The position numbers and the translations under genes are program-made. From Halalkalibacterium halodurans (GTDB lineage: Bacteria > Bacillota > Bacilli > Bacillales > Bacillaceae_D), in contig NZ_SNUY01000014.1 of the NCBI RefSeq assembly GCF_004376175.1, positions 1 through 32,000 on the forward strand: 32,000 bases of DNA, read 5' to 3'. The notes beneath the pieces were generated by a model. It worked only from the letters and a program-made list of their open reading frames with translations. It was not told the origin of the DNA and made no database searches. Below are positions 1 through 7,058 of this stretch, one piece after another. How positions within the stretch are numbered: the first letter of the stretch is position 1; each line of letters opens with the position of its first letter.

Positions 1-47
1 TTTTTTCATGTATTTTGCTTAAACCCTACCGCGCTTTCGCTTGGTGG

Positions 48-99
48 CCTCCTCATCCAAGTAACGGAAATTTCCATTACTTGGATGAGGAGGTTTTTT
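48..99 (+). terminator. Orphan rho-independent terminator-like hairpin
   Basis: 17-nt perfect arms CCTCCTCATCCAAGTAA (48-64) and TTACTTGGATGAGGAGG (77-93). The loop contains the GGAAATTTCC palindrome. TTTTTT follows at 94-99. No + strand gene is visible upstream in the window. Confidence 0.55.
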
Positions 100-110
100 C
101 TTCTCCCACA

Positions 111-464
111 AACATTTTACTCATACATTTTTCGAAGGATGCGTATGACTTAATTTTTCGATATCCTTGGCCGGGAAATGTACGTGAAATTGTCAATATG
201 GTAGAACACGTGATTTATTTGGAAACGGGAGACCTTATCACGGCCGATAGTTTACCAGCCTATTTGAAAATAAAGGAAGGGAAAGCTACTTCTCAGCTGC
301 AAATAAACGTAGCCCCTCACGGTGAGGAGTCGTTTAAACAACAAGTTCTTCACCTGCTGGATGTTTATGGTCGGCATACGGAAGGAAAAAAACGAATTGC
401 GAAGGAGATGGGCATTAGCCTCCCAACACTTTACCGCAGGTTGAAAAAACTGAAAATTAGATAA
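111..464 (+). pseudogene. Sigma-54-dependent transcriptional activator, C-terminal fragment only
   Basis: FSKDAYDLIFRYPWPGNVREIVNMVEHVIYL matches the end of the AAA+ sigma-54 interaction domain (WPGNVREL-type motif). A C-terminal Fis-type HTH follows (KRIAKEMGISLPTLYRRLKKL). There is no Walker A/B or GAFTGA region and no plausible start where homology begins. The 5' part of the tracked ORF (15-110) reads through the terminator hairpin. Confidence 0.6.
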
Positions 465-643
465 ATATTGAGAATTATTGAGAAAAATCGATAAAATCAA
501 CAGTTCATCGACAATATTCGGTGTTTTTAAAAGTCGGATTCTCACAATCTTTATACAAATTTGTAAGATTTAAGTGTTTTATTCGAAAAAGATCGAGCGA
601 TAAATTCCCTTGGCTTAGGAATATTTATAAAAATTAGCAAAGT

Positions 644-659
644 TGGCACGAAACTTGCA
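644..659 (+). promoter_or_regulatory. Sigma-54 (-24/-12) promoter
   Basis: TGGCAC gaaac TTGCA is an exact match to TGGCAC-N5-TTGCA. It ends 28 nt before ATG 687, and RBS GAAGGGG lies at 673-679. The 12-bp palindrome TACAAATTTGTA (554-565) upstream is a possible activator site. Confidence 0.7.
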
Positions 660-686
660 AATATTTTTGATAGAAGGGGCGTAGAA

Positions 687-935
687 ATGAGTTGGTTCAT
701 ATCGAGAAAAGATATTGCTTATATTTCGAGAGGAGCTAAGCTACTCGGATGTGGAGGTGGTGGAGATACAAAGACTACCCAAAGGCTTCTAGAATCGATC
801 ACGAAGGAAGACGATCAAATTAACGTCTTGCAATATGAAGACCTTACAGAACAGGTTGTCGCTACAGTTTGCTTCGCCGGTTCTCCTATCCTTTATGAAG
901 AACAACTTCCTAGAGGCGATGAGGGGCAAATGGTT
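687..935 (+). pseudogene. DUF917-family (hydantoinase-associated) protein, N-terminal ~80 aa fragment
   Basis: ISRGAKLLGCGGGGDTKTT...ATVCFAGSPILYEEQLPRGDEG resembles the N-terminus of DUF917 proteins (GxGGGGD motif). Recognisable sequence stops near nt 930 and the frame runs into a stop at 998. Confidence 0.5.
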
Positions 936-936
936 T

Positions 937-1959
937 TTCAGGGAGAATGCAACCATTTTAAACGCCTCTGTCGTCAATGTGGCGCAGGCAACCGCTGAAG
1001 GCTTTGTCGCAGCTTTAAAGGAAGAAGGAATTGAGGCCAACGTTTTCTTTGGTGAAAACGATGGAACGTTAATGTCTGTTGAATACGCGAAGAAATACCC
1101 GATTTTAACGATTGCTTGCGGACCGACGAACAGCTTGCGAGGCGCTTCTTTTTTAACAGGAAAAGAGAATGCGATCGTCGTTGATGTCGGGGGGACAACG
1201 ACCGATATTGGTGTGCTCGCTCAATCCTTTCCACGTGAATCATCCCTCGCTGTAGAAATTGGCGGAGCCCGGACAAATTTTCGTATGCCGGATTTAGTGT
1301 CGATCGGTTTAGGTGGAGGGACGATCATCAGAGTGAATGAAACGGACGGGACTTTTACCATTGGTCCAGAAAGCGTGGGCTATCGGCTCCCAGAAAAAGG
1401 GCTCGTGTTTGGCGGTGACACATTGACGACAACAGATGTGGTCGTCGCCCTTGGCAGAGCCAATATCGGTGACCGTTCAAAAGTGGCACACTTAGACAAA
1501 GAGCTGCTTAGACGAATCTATGACCGAATGGTCGAGATGGTTGAAATGGCGGTCGATCAAATGAAAACGAGTAGTGGGGATGCTCCAGTCATTTTAGTCG
1601 GTGGTGGCAGTATTTTATTGCCTGATCAATTACGAGGTGCCTCCGAAGTGATGAAGCCTGAGCATTTAGGTGTTGCGAATGCTATTGGTGCGGCCATTGC
1701 TCAAGTAAGTGGACAAATTGAACGAGTGTTTTCCCTTGATGAGCGCGGGCGTGAGCAAACACTTGCGTATGCGAAGGACTTAGCAAGGGAAGAAGCGATA
1801 AAAGCAGGGGCAGATCCTAGTGATTTGACGATTGTTGACGTGGAAGATGTTCCACTCGCTTATTTGCCGGGAAACGCCACGCGAATAAGGGTGAAAGCAG
1901 CAGGACCATTAGGGAGTGCATCAGCTGAGCAGTACGAAAAGGGAAACGTCATTCTGTAA
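937..1959 (+). pseudogene. Hydantoinase/oxoprolinase A-family protein, C-terminal ~340 aa fragment, fused out of frame to the DUF917 stub
   Basis: From FRENATILNASVVNVAQATAEGF onward the sequence carries hydantoinase_A motifs (ACGPTNSLRGASFL, AIVVDVGGTTTDIGVL, VILVGGGSILLP). The N-terminal Hydant_A_N region is absent. The tracked Met at 835 lies in out-of-frame DUF917 sequence. Confidence 0.6.
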
Positions 1960-2180
1960 GACGTTTGCTTACATCTGCCGCTCTGGCTTTTTCGTTACAT
2001 TTTAACCCTTGCTAAATTGAATAAAGGAGCTGAAAAGACCTAGGCGCAAATTTTTACATGAGCCAGGTCTTTTTTACACTTAAAAAATGACGTGCTATCA
2101 AGGCTATATCCTATTTTGGCAGTTAGAGTAATCAACGGCTAGTCAAACTTGAAATAGGGCTAGCTGTATACCGTTATTTT

Positions 2181-2196
2181 TGTGAATTCTGTCACA
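2181..2196. promoter_or_regulatory. Crp/Fnr-family box TGTGA-N6-TCACA
   Basis: TGTGAattctgTCACA is a perfect palindromic match, extended to TTTTTGTGA/TCACAAAAA (2177-2200). Its centre (2188.5) lies 29.5 nt before a -10-like CATTAT (2218-2223). That is about -41.5 relative to a start near 2230, which is class II geometry. ATG of the downstream gene is at 2329. Confidence 0.4.
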
Positions 2197-2328
2197 AAAA
2201 TGCCATGTAGGGTATCTCATTATGGGTGATTTTTCGACAACAATCGATTAAAATAATCGTGTATGACCCATTGGTCAAAGATTATTGAACCATTGTTCGG
2301 ATGATCGCCCTTGAGGAGGAAAAGGCTT

Positions 2329-3084
2329 ATGACTAAATATGAACTAAATGTGAAACAATTAAAAATACTGAAAACAGAACTTACACGTTTTATGATGTCT
2401 TATAAATTTGCTTTACAAGAGCTTAACACAAAGATAGATATCCTAAAGCAGGAATTTCAATACATTCATGATTACAATCCGATTGAGCATGTGTCATCAA
2501 GGGTCAAATCACCGGAGAGTATTGTTAATAAGATTCAGCGGAGAGGCAACGACTTTACTCTGGAGTCCATTCGGGAAAATGTTCGTGATATTGCAGGGAT
2601 TCGCATTACATGTTCTTTTGAATCGGATATTTATGCGCTCAGTGAACAATTAATGCAGCAACATGATATTACGGTCGTTGAAACAAAAGATTACATTAAA
2701 AACCCGAAACCAAATGGGTACCGCAGTCTCCATTTAATTTTGTCGATTCCGATTTTCATGTCAGACCGGGTGCAGGATGTCTATGTAGAAGTACAAATCC
2801 GAACGATCGCCATGGATTTCTGGGCAAGCTTAGAACATAAAATTTACTACAAATACAACAAAAATGTGCCTGAGCATTTGTTAAAAGAATTGAAGGATGC
2901 AGCAGAATCAGCTGCGCTCTTAGATCAAAAAATGGAGAAGATTCAGCATGAAATGAGTGCCTGGAAGGATCGGCAAACCGATGAGGATGAGCGCTACGAA
3001 TTAATCATTGATAATGAAACCTTTAGTCTTCCGAATGAATCGATTTTAGTTAATTTGATGCCCCCGTCTTCATTGCGTGATTAA
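2329..3084 (+). CDS. relP: Small alarmone synthetase (GTP pyrophosphokinase, RelA/SpoT-domain), RelP/YwaC-like
   Basis: ATG 2329 lies 8 nt after AGGAGGA (2314-2320); the tracked TTG 2311 overlaps the RBS. Diagnostic stretches: YKFALQELNTK, NPIEHVSSRVKSPESIVNKIQRRG, DIAGIRITC, KPNGYRSLHL, EVQIRTIAMDFWASLEHKIYYKY. From memory these are closer to B. subtilis YwaC than to YjbM. Confidence 0.85.
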   Translation: MTKYELNVKQLKILKTELTRFMMSYKFALQELNTKIDILKQEFQYIHDYNPIEHVSSRVKSPESIVNKIQRRGNDFTLESIRENVRDIAGIRITCSFESDIYALSEQLMQQHDITVVETKDYIKNPKPNGYRSLHLILSIPIFMSDRVQDVYVEVQIRTIAMDFWASLEHKIYYKYNKNVPEHLLKELKDAAESAALLDQKMEKIQHEMSAWKDRQTDEDERYELIIDNETFSLPNESILVNLMPPSSLRD

Positions 3085-3117
3085 TCCTTCAAATTTTTTT
3101 GCTGAGGAGGAATACTT

Positions 3118-3567
3118 ATGTTGCGAAAGCAAGACAAAATGACACTTCATGTGAAAAAAGAATTTGAGCGAATGCAGCTTCAGCTTGCACCGATTATTCG
3201 TAAAAGCACGATTTATAGCTTCATCTCCATCCCGCTTCTTTCGTTTGCGCTATTCAATTTATTCCTCTTTTTGTTTAATGGAGAGTTGCCTATACAGGAC
3301 TTTACGATTGCGATTGCCATTTTCTGTTTAATGGGCGCATTCGGATTGGCCCTTTTTAAAGAGTCGATGCATAAAAACAAAGAATTTATCGACTCCAGTA
3401 TTGCCTATATTAAAGACCGGATTGCCACAAGCTCTTATGTTCCAGACCAAGCAAAGGAGCGGTATCTTCATGATATTAAAGAAGATCCGAGGCAAGTATT
3501 TTGGGTTTTTCAGCAGTTTCTTGAGCAGGAGGAGCGGATAAAGCGGTTGGATGAGGTTGATGACTAA
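3118..3567 (+). CDS. Hypothetical small membrane protein (two predicted TM helices)
   Basis: ATG lies 7 nt after GAGGAGG. Hydrophobic segments are IYSFISIPLLSFALFNLFLFLF and FTIAIAIFCLMGAFGLALF. The C-terminus is acidic. The gene is tightly packed between relP and the TetR gene. Confidence 0.6.
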   Translation: MLRKQDKMTLHVKKEFERMQLQLAPIIRKSTIYSFISIPLLSFALFNLFLFLFNGELPIQDFTIAIAIFCLMGAFGLALFKESMHKNKEFIDSSIAYIKDRIATSSYVPDQAKERYLHDIKEDPRQVFWVFQQFLEQEERIKRLDEVDD

Positions 3568-3585
3568 CGAGAGAGAGGGAGAAAC

Positions 3586-4455
3586 ATGCGAGAGAAAGAA
3601 CGATTGATTATCGAACAAGCGATGAGGCTCTTTATTGAAAAAGGCTTTGTCGCAACTTCAATTCAAGAGATTGCTTCAGCATGTGGAATGGCGAAAGGCT
3701 CACTATATTCTTATTTTTCATCAAAGGAGGAAATCCTTCTAGCAGCGTTACGAATGTACTTTCAAGCCGTTCAGTCAGAGCTGATGTCGTTCCAACAGTT
3801 GGGGAAAGATCCGAGGGAGGTTTTTTGCCAGCAGCTTTCTTATCTATTAGACCATATTTCAAACCACAAGGAGTTTGTCGATGATCAACTGTTACAACAA
3901 AGTGTGAGGATCCCTGAAAAAGTACGAAAATTTTTAATCACAAAGCACTATGAACTTCATGCCTTTTATTTGCATGGGCTTCAAGCGATTTACGGGCATG
4001 AGGCAAAGCCGTATCTTCATGATTTAGCAATCATGCTAGATGGCATGTTACGATCATATATAAAAATTCTCATTGTCAATGAACAGACATTCTCAAGTGA
4101 TGATTTAGTCGCATTTCTCTTGAATAGAGTTGATGATCTATATCAAGGTCTATGTGCAAATGAAGAAAAACCGATGATGTCTGAAATTCAAATGCACCGA
4201 ATGTCCAAAAAGGTTCGTGCTTTCGTAAAAGAGGATGAGGATCAGATTGTCCAGTTGATTCACGGAATGAAGCAAACGCTATCGACCACCCCAAATAGCG
4301 ATGACGCGCTTTTGTCGATCCACGTGATTGAAGAAGAGTTGGAGAATGATCATCCTCGTTATCCCGTCATCAAAGGAATGCTTTCTAACTTAGTGGGAAT
4401 AAAAGAACTTGAATCGTTCGTAAAAGAATTAAAGCGACAAATGGCATTAAAGTAG
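3586..4455 (+). CDS. TetR/AcrR-family transcriptional regulator (long, 289 aa)
   Basis: N-terminal TetR HTH: IIEQAMRLFIEKGFVATSIQEIASACGMAKGSLYSYFSSKEEIL. RBS is GAGAGGGAG. The start lies 19 nt after the previous stop. Confidence 0.85.
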   Translation: MREKERLIIEQAMRLFIEKGFVATSIQEIASACGMAKGSLYSYFSSKEEILLAALRMYFQAVQSELMSFQQLGKDPREVFCQQLSYLLDHISNHKEFVDDQLLQQSVRIPEKVRKFLITKHYELHAFYLHGLQAIYGHEAKPYLHDLAIMLDGMLRSYIKILIVNEQTFSSDDLVAFLLNRVDDLYQGLCANEEKPMMSEIQMHRMSKKVRAFVKEDEDQIVQLIHGMKQTLSTTPNSDDALLSIHVIEEELENDHPRYPVIKGMLSNLVGIKELESFVKELKRQMALK

Positions 4456-4490
4456 TCAAGGGGTTGTCCCAGAAGCACCTTGAACAATAA

Positions 4491-4528
4491 AATCGGGTGA
4501 ACCGTTTATGCGGTTCACCCGATTTTTG
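4491..4528 (+). terminator. Rho-independent terminator of the relP-membrane-tetR unit
   Basis: 14-bp perfect stem AATCGGGTGAACCG (4491-4504) / CGGTTCACCCGATT (4511-4524) with loop TTTATG and a following T run. A residues precede it, so it could act in both directions. Confidence 0.85.
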
Positions 4529-4562
4529 TCCTTCGATCGATGATCCGCTGCCGCTCGTTTCC

Positions 4563-4740
4563 TTAAGGTTTATGGGCAAGGGCCACAAGCCCAAGCTCTA
4601 TGTACGCATTTTCCTTCCCGCGAAGATGCAGCCTGCGGAAGACGAGGTTTTGTTTGACATGACCAAGTGCGCTCTCCACATCCGTTTTTCTTTTTTGGTA
4701 GAGTGTTGGCCTTCTTCGCTTTTCAGTTTTGATGTTGCTT
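4563..4740 (-). pseudogene. DDE transposase C-terminal remnant (IS1182/IS5-like)
   Basis: The reverse strand reads IKTEKRRRPTLYQKRKTDVESALGHVKQNLVFRRLHLRGKENAYIELGLVALAHKP-stop. This matches the typical C-terminal end of IS1182/IS5-type transposases (R..VE..FG.lK....fRR..lRG). A stop lies upstream and possible further homology (to ~4800) is in another frame. No N-terminal part is present. Confidence 0.6.
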
Positions 4741-4980
4741 CACTTTGAGTTCCTCATACACCGGGTTAAAGTAGATTTGGTCATGCCCCTTTAAGTAGGC
4801 AGCTAAAATGCTCTATCAGTGTGTGTTAATTATTTATGGAGAAAGTTGGATTCTTCATTACTTTACGATTCTACGATCTAATTAATAGGATTTTTAACTT
4901 CTGTAATTAGTATAAGAGGCTAACTTAATTTTATAAAATTAAACCTAAAATTTAAAAGAAAAACAAAATATTGACATAAA

Positions 4981-5009
4981 TATTCTGTGTTATTATAATA
5001 CACAATAGA
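4981..5009 (+). promoter_or_regulatory. Consensus sigma-A promoter (copy A) with overlapping cre-like box
   Basis: TTGACA (4981-4986), 17-nt spacer, TATAAT (5004-5009), with an A-rich UP-like tract upstream. AGAAAGCGTTTACA (5017-5030) fits the cre consensus TGNAANCGNWNNCW except at the first base. It points into the 3' end of the dead IS4 element. Confidence 0.6.
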
Positions 5010-5086
5010 AAGCGTTTACACTCGGGTATTCATCATTTTAGCCGTCTTTCAGATAAAAATTAAGAAGGAGGTTCCACGAAATTCAA

Positions 5087-5100
5087 TGCAAACGTTTGCT
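5087..5100. promoter_or_regulatory. cre / LacI-family operator (copy A)
   Basis: TGCAAACGTTTGCT matches TGNAANCGNWNNCW at every specified position. It contains the perfect 12-bp palindrome GCAAACGTTTGC (5088-5099). Confidence 0.5.
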
Positions 5101-5126
5101 CTTTCGATTAATTTAATCATTGGATG

Positions 5127-6420
5127 AATAATTACTCAAATTTCGCAGACCAAATTAGGCAGGTAAGCCCTGATGTAACGAGTTAAACCTGCAATCCATT
5201 GTGATAGTTGATTTTTAAGTAATTGTTGTGTTTGTTTGTTCGTCTTTTTCAAGACATCTTGAAGAAGATCGATTAATTGCTGTAATGCGACAGCCCAATC
5301 AAGTTCATTTACTTCGTCACACAGGTCATAAAATAAACCACCTAATGTCCGTTCATCTGTGTGGCAACGATTTTACCACGAGAGAACAATGTATGTAGTA
5401 AAGACGATCGTTGTATGGCTGATAAGTAAGTCATACGAGCGGCCTTGAAACTCTTTTTATAAGCGAAGAAGGGACTTTGTCGTTTTAAAGAGCACTTCAA
5501 TATCCTAACGAATGCCGTAAATACGGACCATTTCTTGTTTAGATAGTGTGCAATCTGTGCTTAAAATGGCAAGCCATTCACTCTTCTTATTACGGTTTTG
5601 CACGAACACGACTTTAACGGGTACGCCATTGGCCATCGTCGTCGTGATTGAACGAAGAAGCCCTTTCTTTCCTTGAAGTGGAGCGGCAGATTGATAGAGT
5701 TGTTTTAAGGAAAGCATTTGTCCATTCACGTTGTAGCGCTGCTTGGCATTCTTCACCATCCCAATCACATCAAGCCCTTGGACAACGCTCGTTCAATCAT
5801 CGCTGGAATTTGATCAGGTGCAGACTGTAGCGCTTCTGTACGGCGTTTATAACCCGAACATCGCTTATCAACTTCTTCATTGATTCCGTTAATGGAAGAC
5901 GTTTTTGAGCTTAGTAAAAAGAAGTCAATCGGCATGAAAGTATGCCCATCTGACCAGCCTAATGTAAGCATTCGAAACCCTTTATAAAATCGCATGTTCA
6001 AAGAAGCATGATCAAAACAACGGGCAAGTAATTCAACATTTTTTACTGCCGATTACGATCAAACGTAGGGTCGTCAATAAATGAAGCACTTTTGAGCGGT
6101 CTATTGATGTAAGAATGCTGACTTTTTGTATGGTAGCTGTACTAAAGTGTAAAAGAAATTTCCTCCAAGCAAACTTGGAATGATTTAAAAAGAGATAGAC
6201 GGTATCTTTGCTTGGCGAACAATCATTCTTTTTCGATGTGACAAGGGCAAACCAATTTTTTTGATGGAAAATCAGACAAAAAACAAGCCGAAACAAATAG
6301 GTGCATGAAAACCCAAAGCTTTTTCGAATACCTGCGTGACATAGGTGTTTCGACACTTGTAATTTAGAGAATGTTCATTTGGTAGTTGCTCATTTGAGTG
6401 TTTTTCTCTTATCATAGAGA
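5127..6420 (-). mobile_element. Degenerate IS4-family insertion sequence (boundaries approximate)
   Basis: Transposase reading frames lie on the minus strand. The copy A / copy B alignment breaks at ~5126. A possible imperfect terminal inverted repeat pairs ATGAATAATTACTCAAATT (5127-5145) with 6361-6378 (about 13 of 19 by eye), so the right end could instead be ~6378. Confidence 0.6.
5136..6417 (-). pseudogene. IS4-family DDE transposase, inactivated (one nonsense codon and at least two frameshifts)
   Basis: It is split into ORFs 6356-6033, 6001-5765 and 5768-5505, plus an untracked tail to the stop at 5136. The minus strand reads IYGIR-TAG-DIEVLFKTTKS, the IS4 Y-(2)-R-(3)-E-(6)-K signature. 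TAG (plus strand 5505-5507) sits where Trp is expected. FKGFRMLTLGWSDGHTFMPIDF is also typical of IS4. Confidence 0.75.
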
Positions 6421-6624
6421 AGGCACCTCTTCTTTGTGGTAATGGTTTCTAGTCAATTCCACTATAACAAAGAATCAGGTGGCTTTTTCTGTTTAAAAGC
6501 AACTTGTCAAGCAACCTATCGGATCGGACTTAAAGCTTTGATCGATCTAAAACAGATGACTTTGAAGGTACGAAAGTTAAGTTAATTAACTATAAAACCC
6601 AAAAAAATTTAAAAAAACAAAATA

Positions 6625-6653
6625 TTGACACAAATCTTCTGTGCTATTATAAT
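6625..6653 (+). promoter_or_regulatory. Consensus sigma-A promoter (copy B), candidate promoter of the NRPS operon
   Basis: TTGACA (6625-6630), 17-nt spacer, TATAAT (6648-6653), with an A-rich upstream tract. The inverted repeat TTCTGT-N11-ACAGAA spans the -10. The cre-like box AGAAATCGTTTACA lies at 6661-6674. It faces the NRPS genes, ~400 nt upstream of ATG 7059, with no canonical terminator between. Confidence 0.55.
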
Positions 6654-6765
6654 ACAGAATAGAAATCGTTTACACTAAAAAGTTTACACTCTAAAATTCG
6701 TGATTTCAACCATTTTCTAGCTGAAAATAAAGAAAGGGGTTTTTATGGATTTTTGAGCAAACGTT

Positions 6766-6779
6766 TGCGCTTTAAATTG
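6766..6779. promoter_or_regulatory. cre / LacI-family operator (copy B)
   Basis: AGCAAACGTTTGCG contains the same perfect palindrome GCAAACGTTTGC (6767-6778). The outermost consensus bases differ. Confidence 0.45.
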
Positions 6780-6811
6780 ATGAAATAACTTGGTCCACCG
6801 CCCAAACTTTC

Positions 6812-6976
6812 GGTTGCTTGTGATGATCATGTTTTCTCTTTCATACCGAAAAGAATTGGGACATTAACGCGATTCAGGTCGTTACGTCTCTCCAGAAGTA
6901 TGATATCTAATTAGACCTGGTTGAACTGTATGAGTACCAAACGCTAGAAGAATTGGCTAAGCGTATTGCTAATCAT
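6812..6976 (+). pseudogene. Relic of an NRPS peptidyl-carrier (T) domain
   Basis: The frame from 6854 reads NWDINAIQVVTSLQKYDI-stop-LDLVELYEYQTLEELAKRIANH. Compare GGDSILALQIVAKAQEIGIRVSTKDVFEYQTIEELASSVL in the second synthetase. The Ppant Ser is missing, TAA lies in frame at 6908-6910, and the preceding DDHVFSF is in another frame. Confidence 0.6.
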
Positions 6977-6982
6977 ATAAAG

Positions 6983-7014
6983 ACTCTTCCTAAACAATAT
7001 TGTTTAGGAAGAGT
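6983..7014. repeat. 32-bp perfect palindrome / stem-loop just upstream of the first NRPS RBS
   Basis: ACTCTTCCTAAACAA (6983-6997), ta, TTGTTTAGGAAGAGT (7000-7014). No U-run follows. It ends 32 nt before the RBS GGGGGGAG (7046-7053). Confidence 0.8.
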
Positions 7015-7058
7015 GACTAGGTAAAAGGATACGTAAATTGAGATCGGGGGGAGTACCT

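Larger units (their letters stand above)
4880..5126. repeat. Copy A of a ~250-bp diverged direct repeat (promoter plus operator unit)
   Basis: Aligns with 6541-6797. The core 4970-5032 versus 6614-6676 shows 5 mismatches in 63 nt by eye. Flanks are more diverged and carry indels. Confidence 0.75.
6541..6797. repeat. Copy B of the ~250-bp diverged direct repeat
   Basis: See copy A. Copy B also has a local tandem duplication, GTTTACACTaaaaaGTTTACACT (6668-6690). Confidence 0.75.

Noticed and set aside
15-110. N-terminal 32 codons of tracked ORF 15..464 (MLKPYRAFAWWPPHPSNGNFHYLDEEVFSSPT)
   Set aside because: This stretch is the translation of a terminator hairpin and its T-run. Similarity to sigma-54 activators only begins at ~111, so it is not a real N-terminus.
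835-936. Met-835 start of the 'hydantoinase' ORF
   Set aside because: The first ~34 codons are an out-of-frame reading of the DUF917 fragment. Hydantoinase similarity begins mid-protein, so the ORF is a deletion chimera rather than an intact gene.
2150-2176. ECF (SigW/SigM-type) promoter TGAAAT-N16-CGTTA upstream of relP
   Set aside because: It is attractive because B. subtilis ywaC is ECF-controlled. However, the -35 lacks the highly conserved AAC (it reads AAT), so the match is too weak to call.
2468-2653. 61-aa ORF overlapping relP in another frame
   Set aside because: It lies entirely inside a well-supported CDS and has no RBS or recognisable motifs.
4497-4748. 83-aa + strand ORF
   Set aside because: It starts inside the terminator hairpin. 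It is the mirror frame of the minus-strand transposase remnant, which has clear family motifs.
5086-5127. Mini-ORFs inside the repeat copies (MQTFALSINLIIG in copy A; MDF at 6745-6756 in copy B)
   Set aside because: They are not conserved between the two copies and are poorly spaced from the AAGGAGG. They are more likely the degraded 5' end of the gene that the promoter once served.
6800-7058. Fur box, and hence siderophore assignment, for the cluster
   Set aside because: A beta-hydroxylase/interface arrangement suggests a beta-OH-Asp siderophore. Against that, I found no convincing TGATAATnATTATCA-like site upstream, no uptake genes in the window and only one candidate chelating residue. 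The siderophore label is left open rather than asserted.
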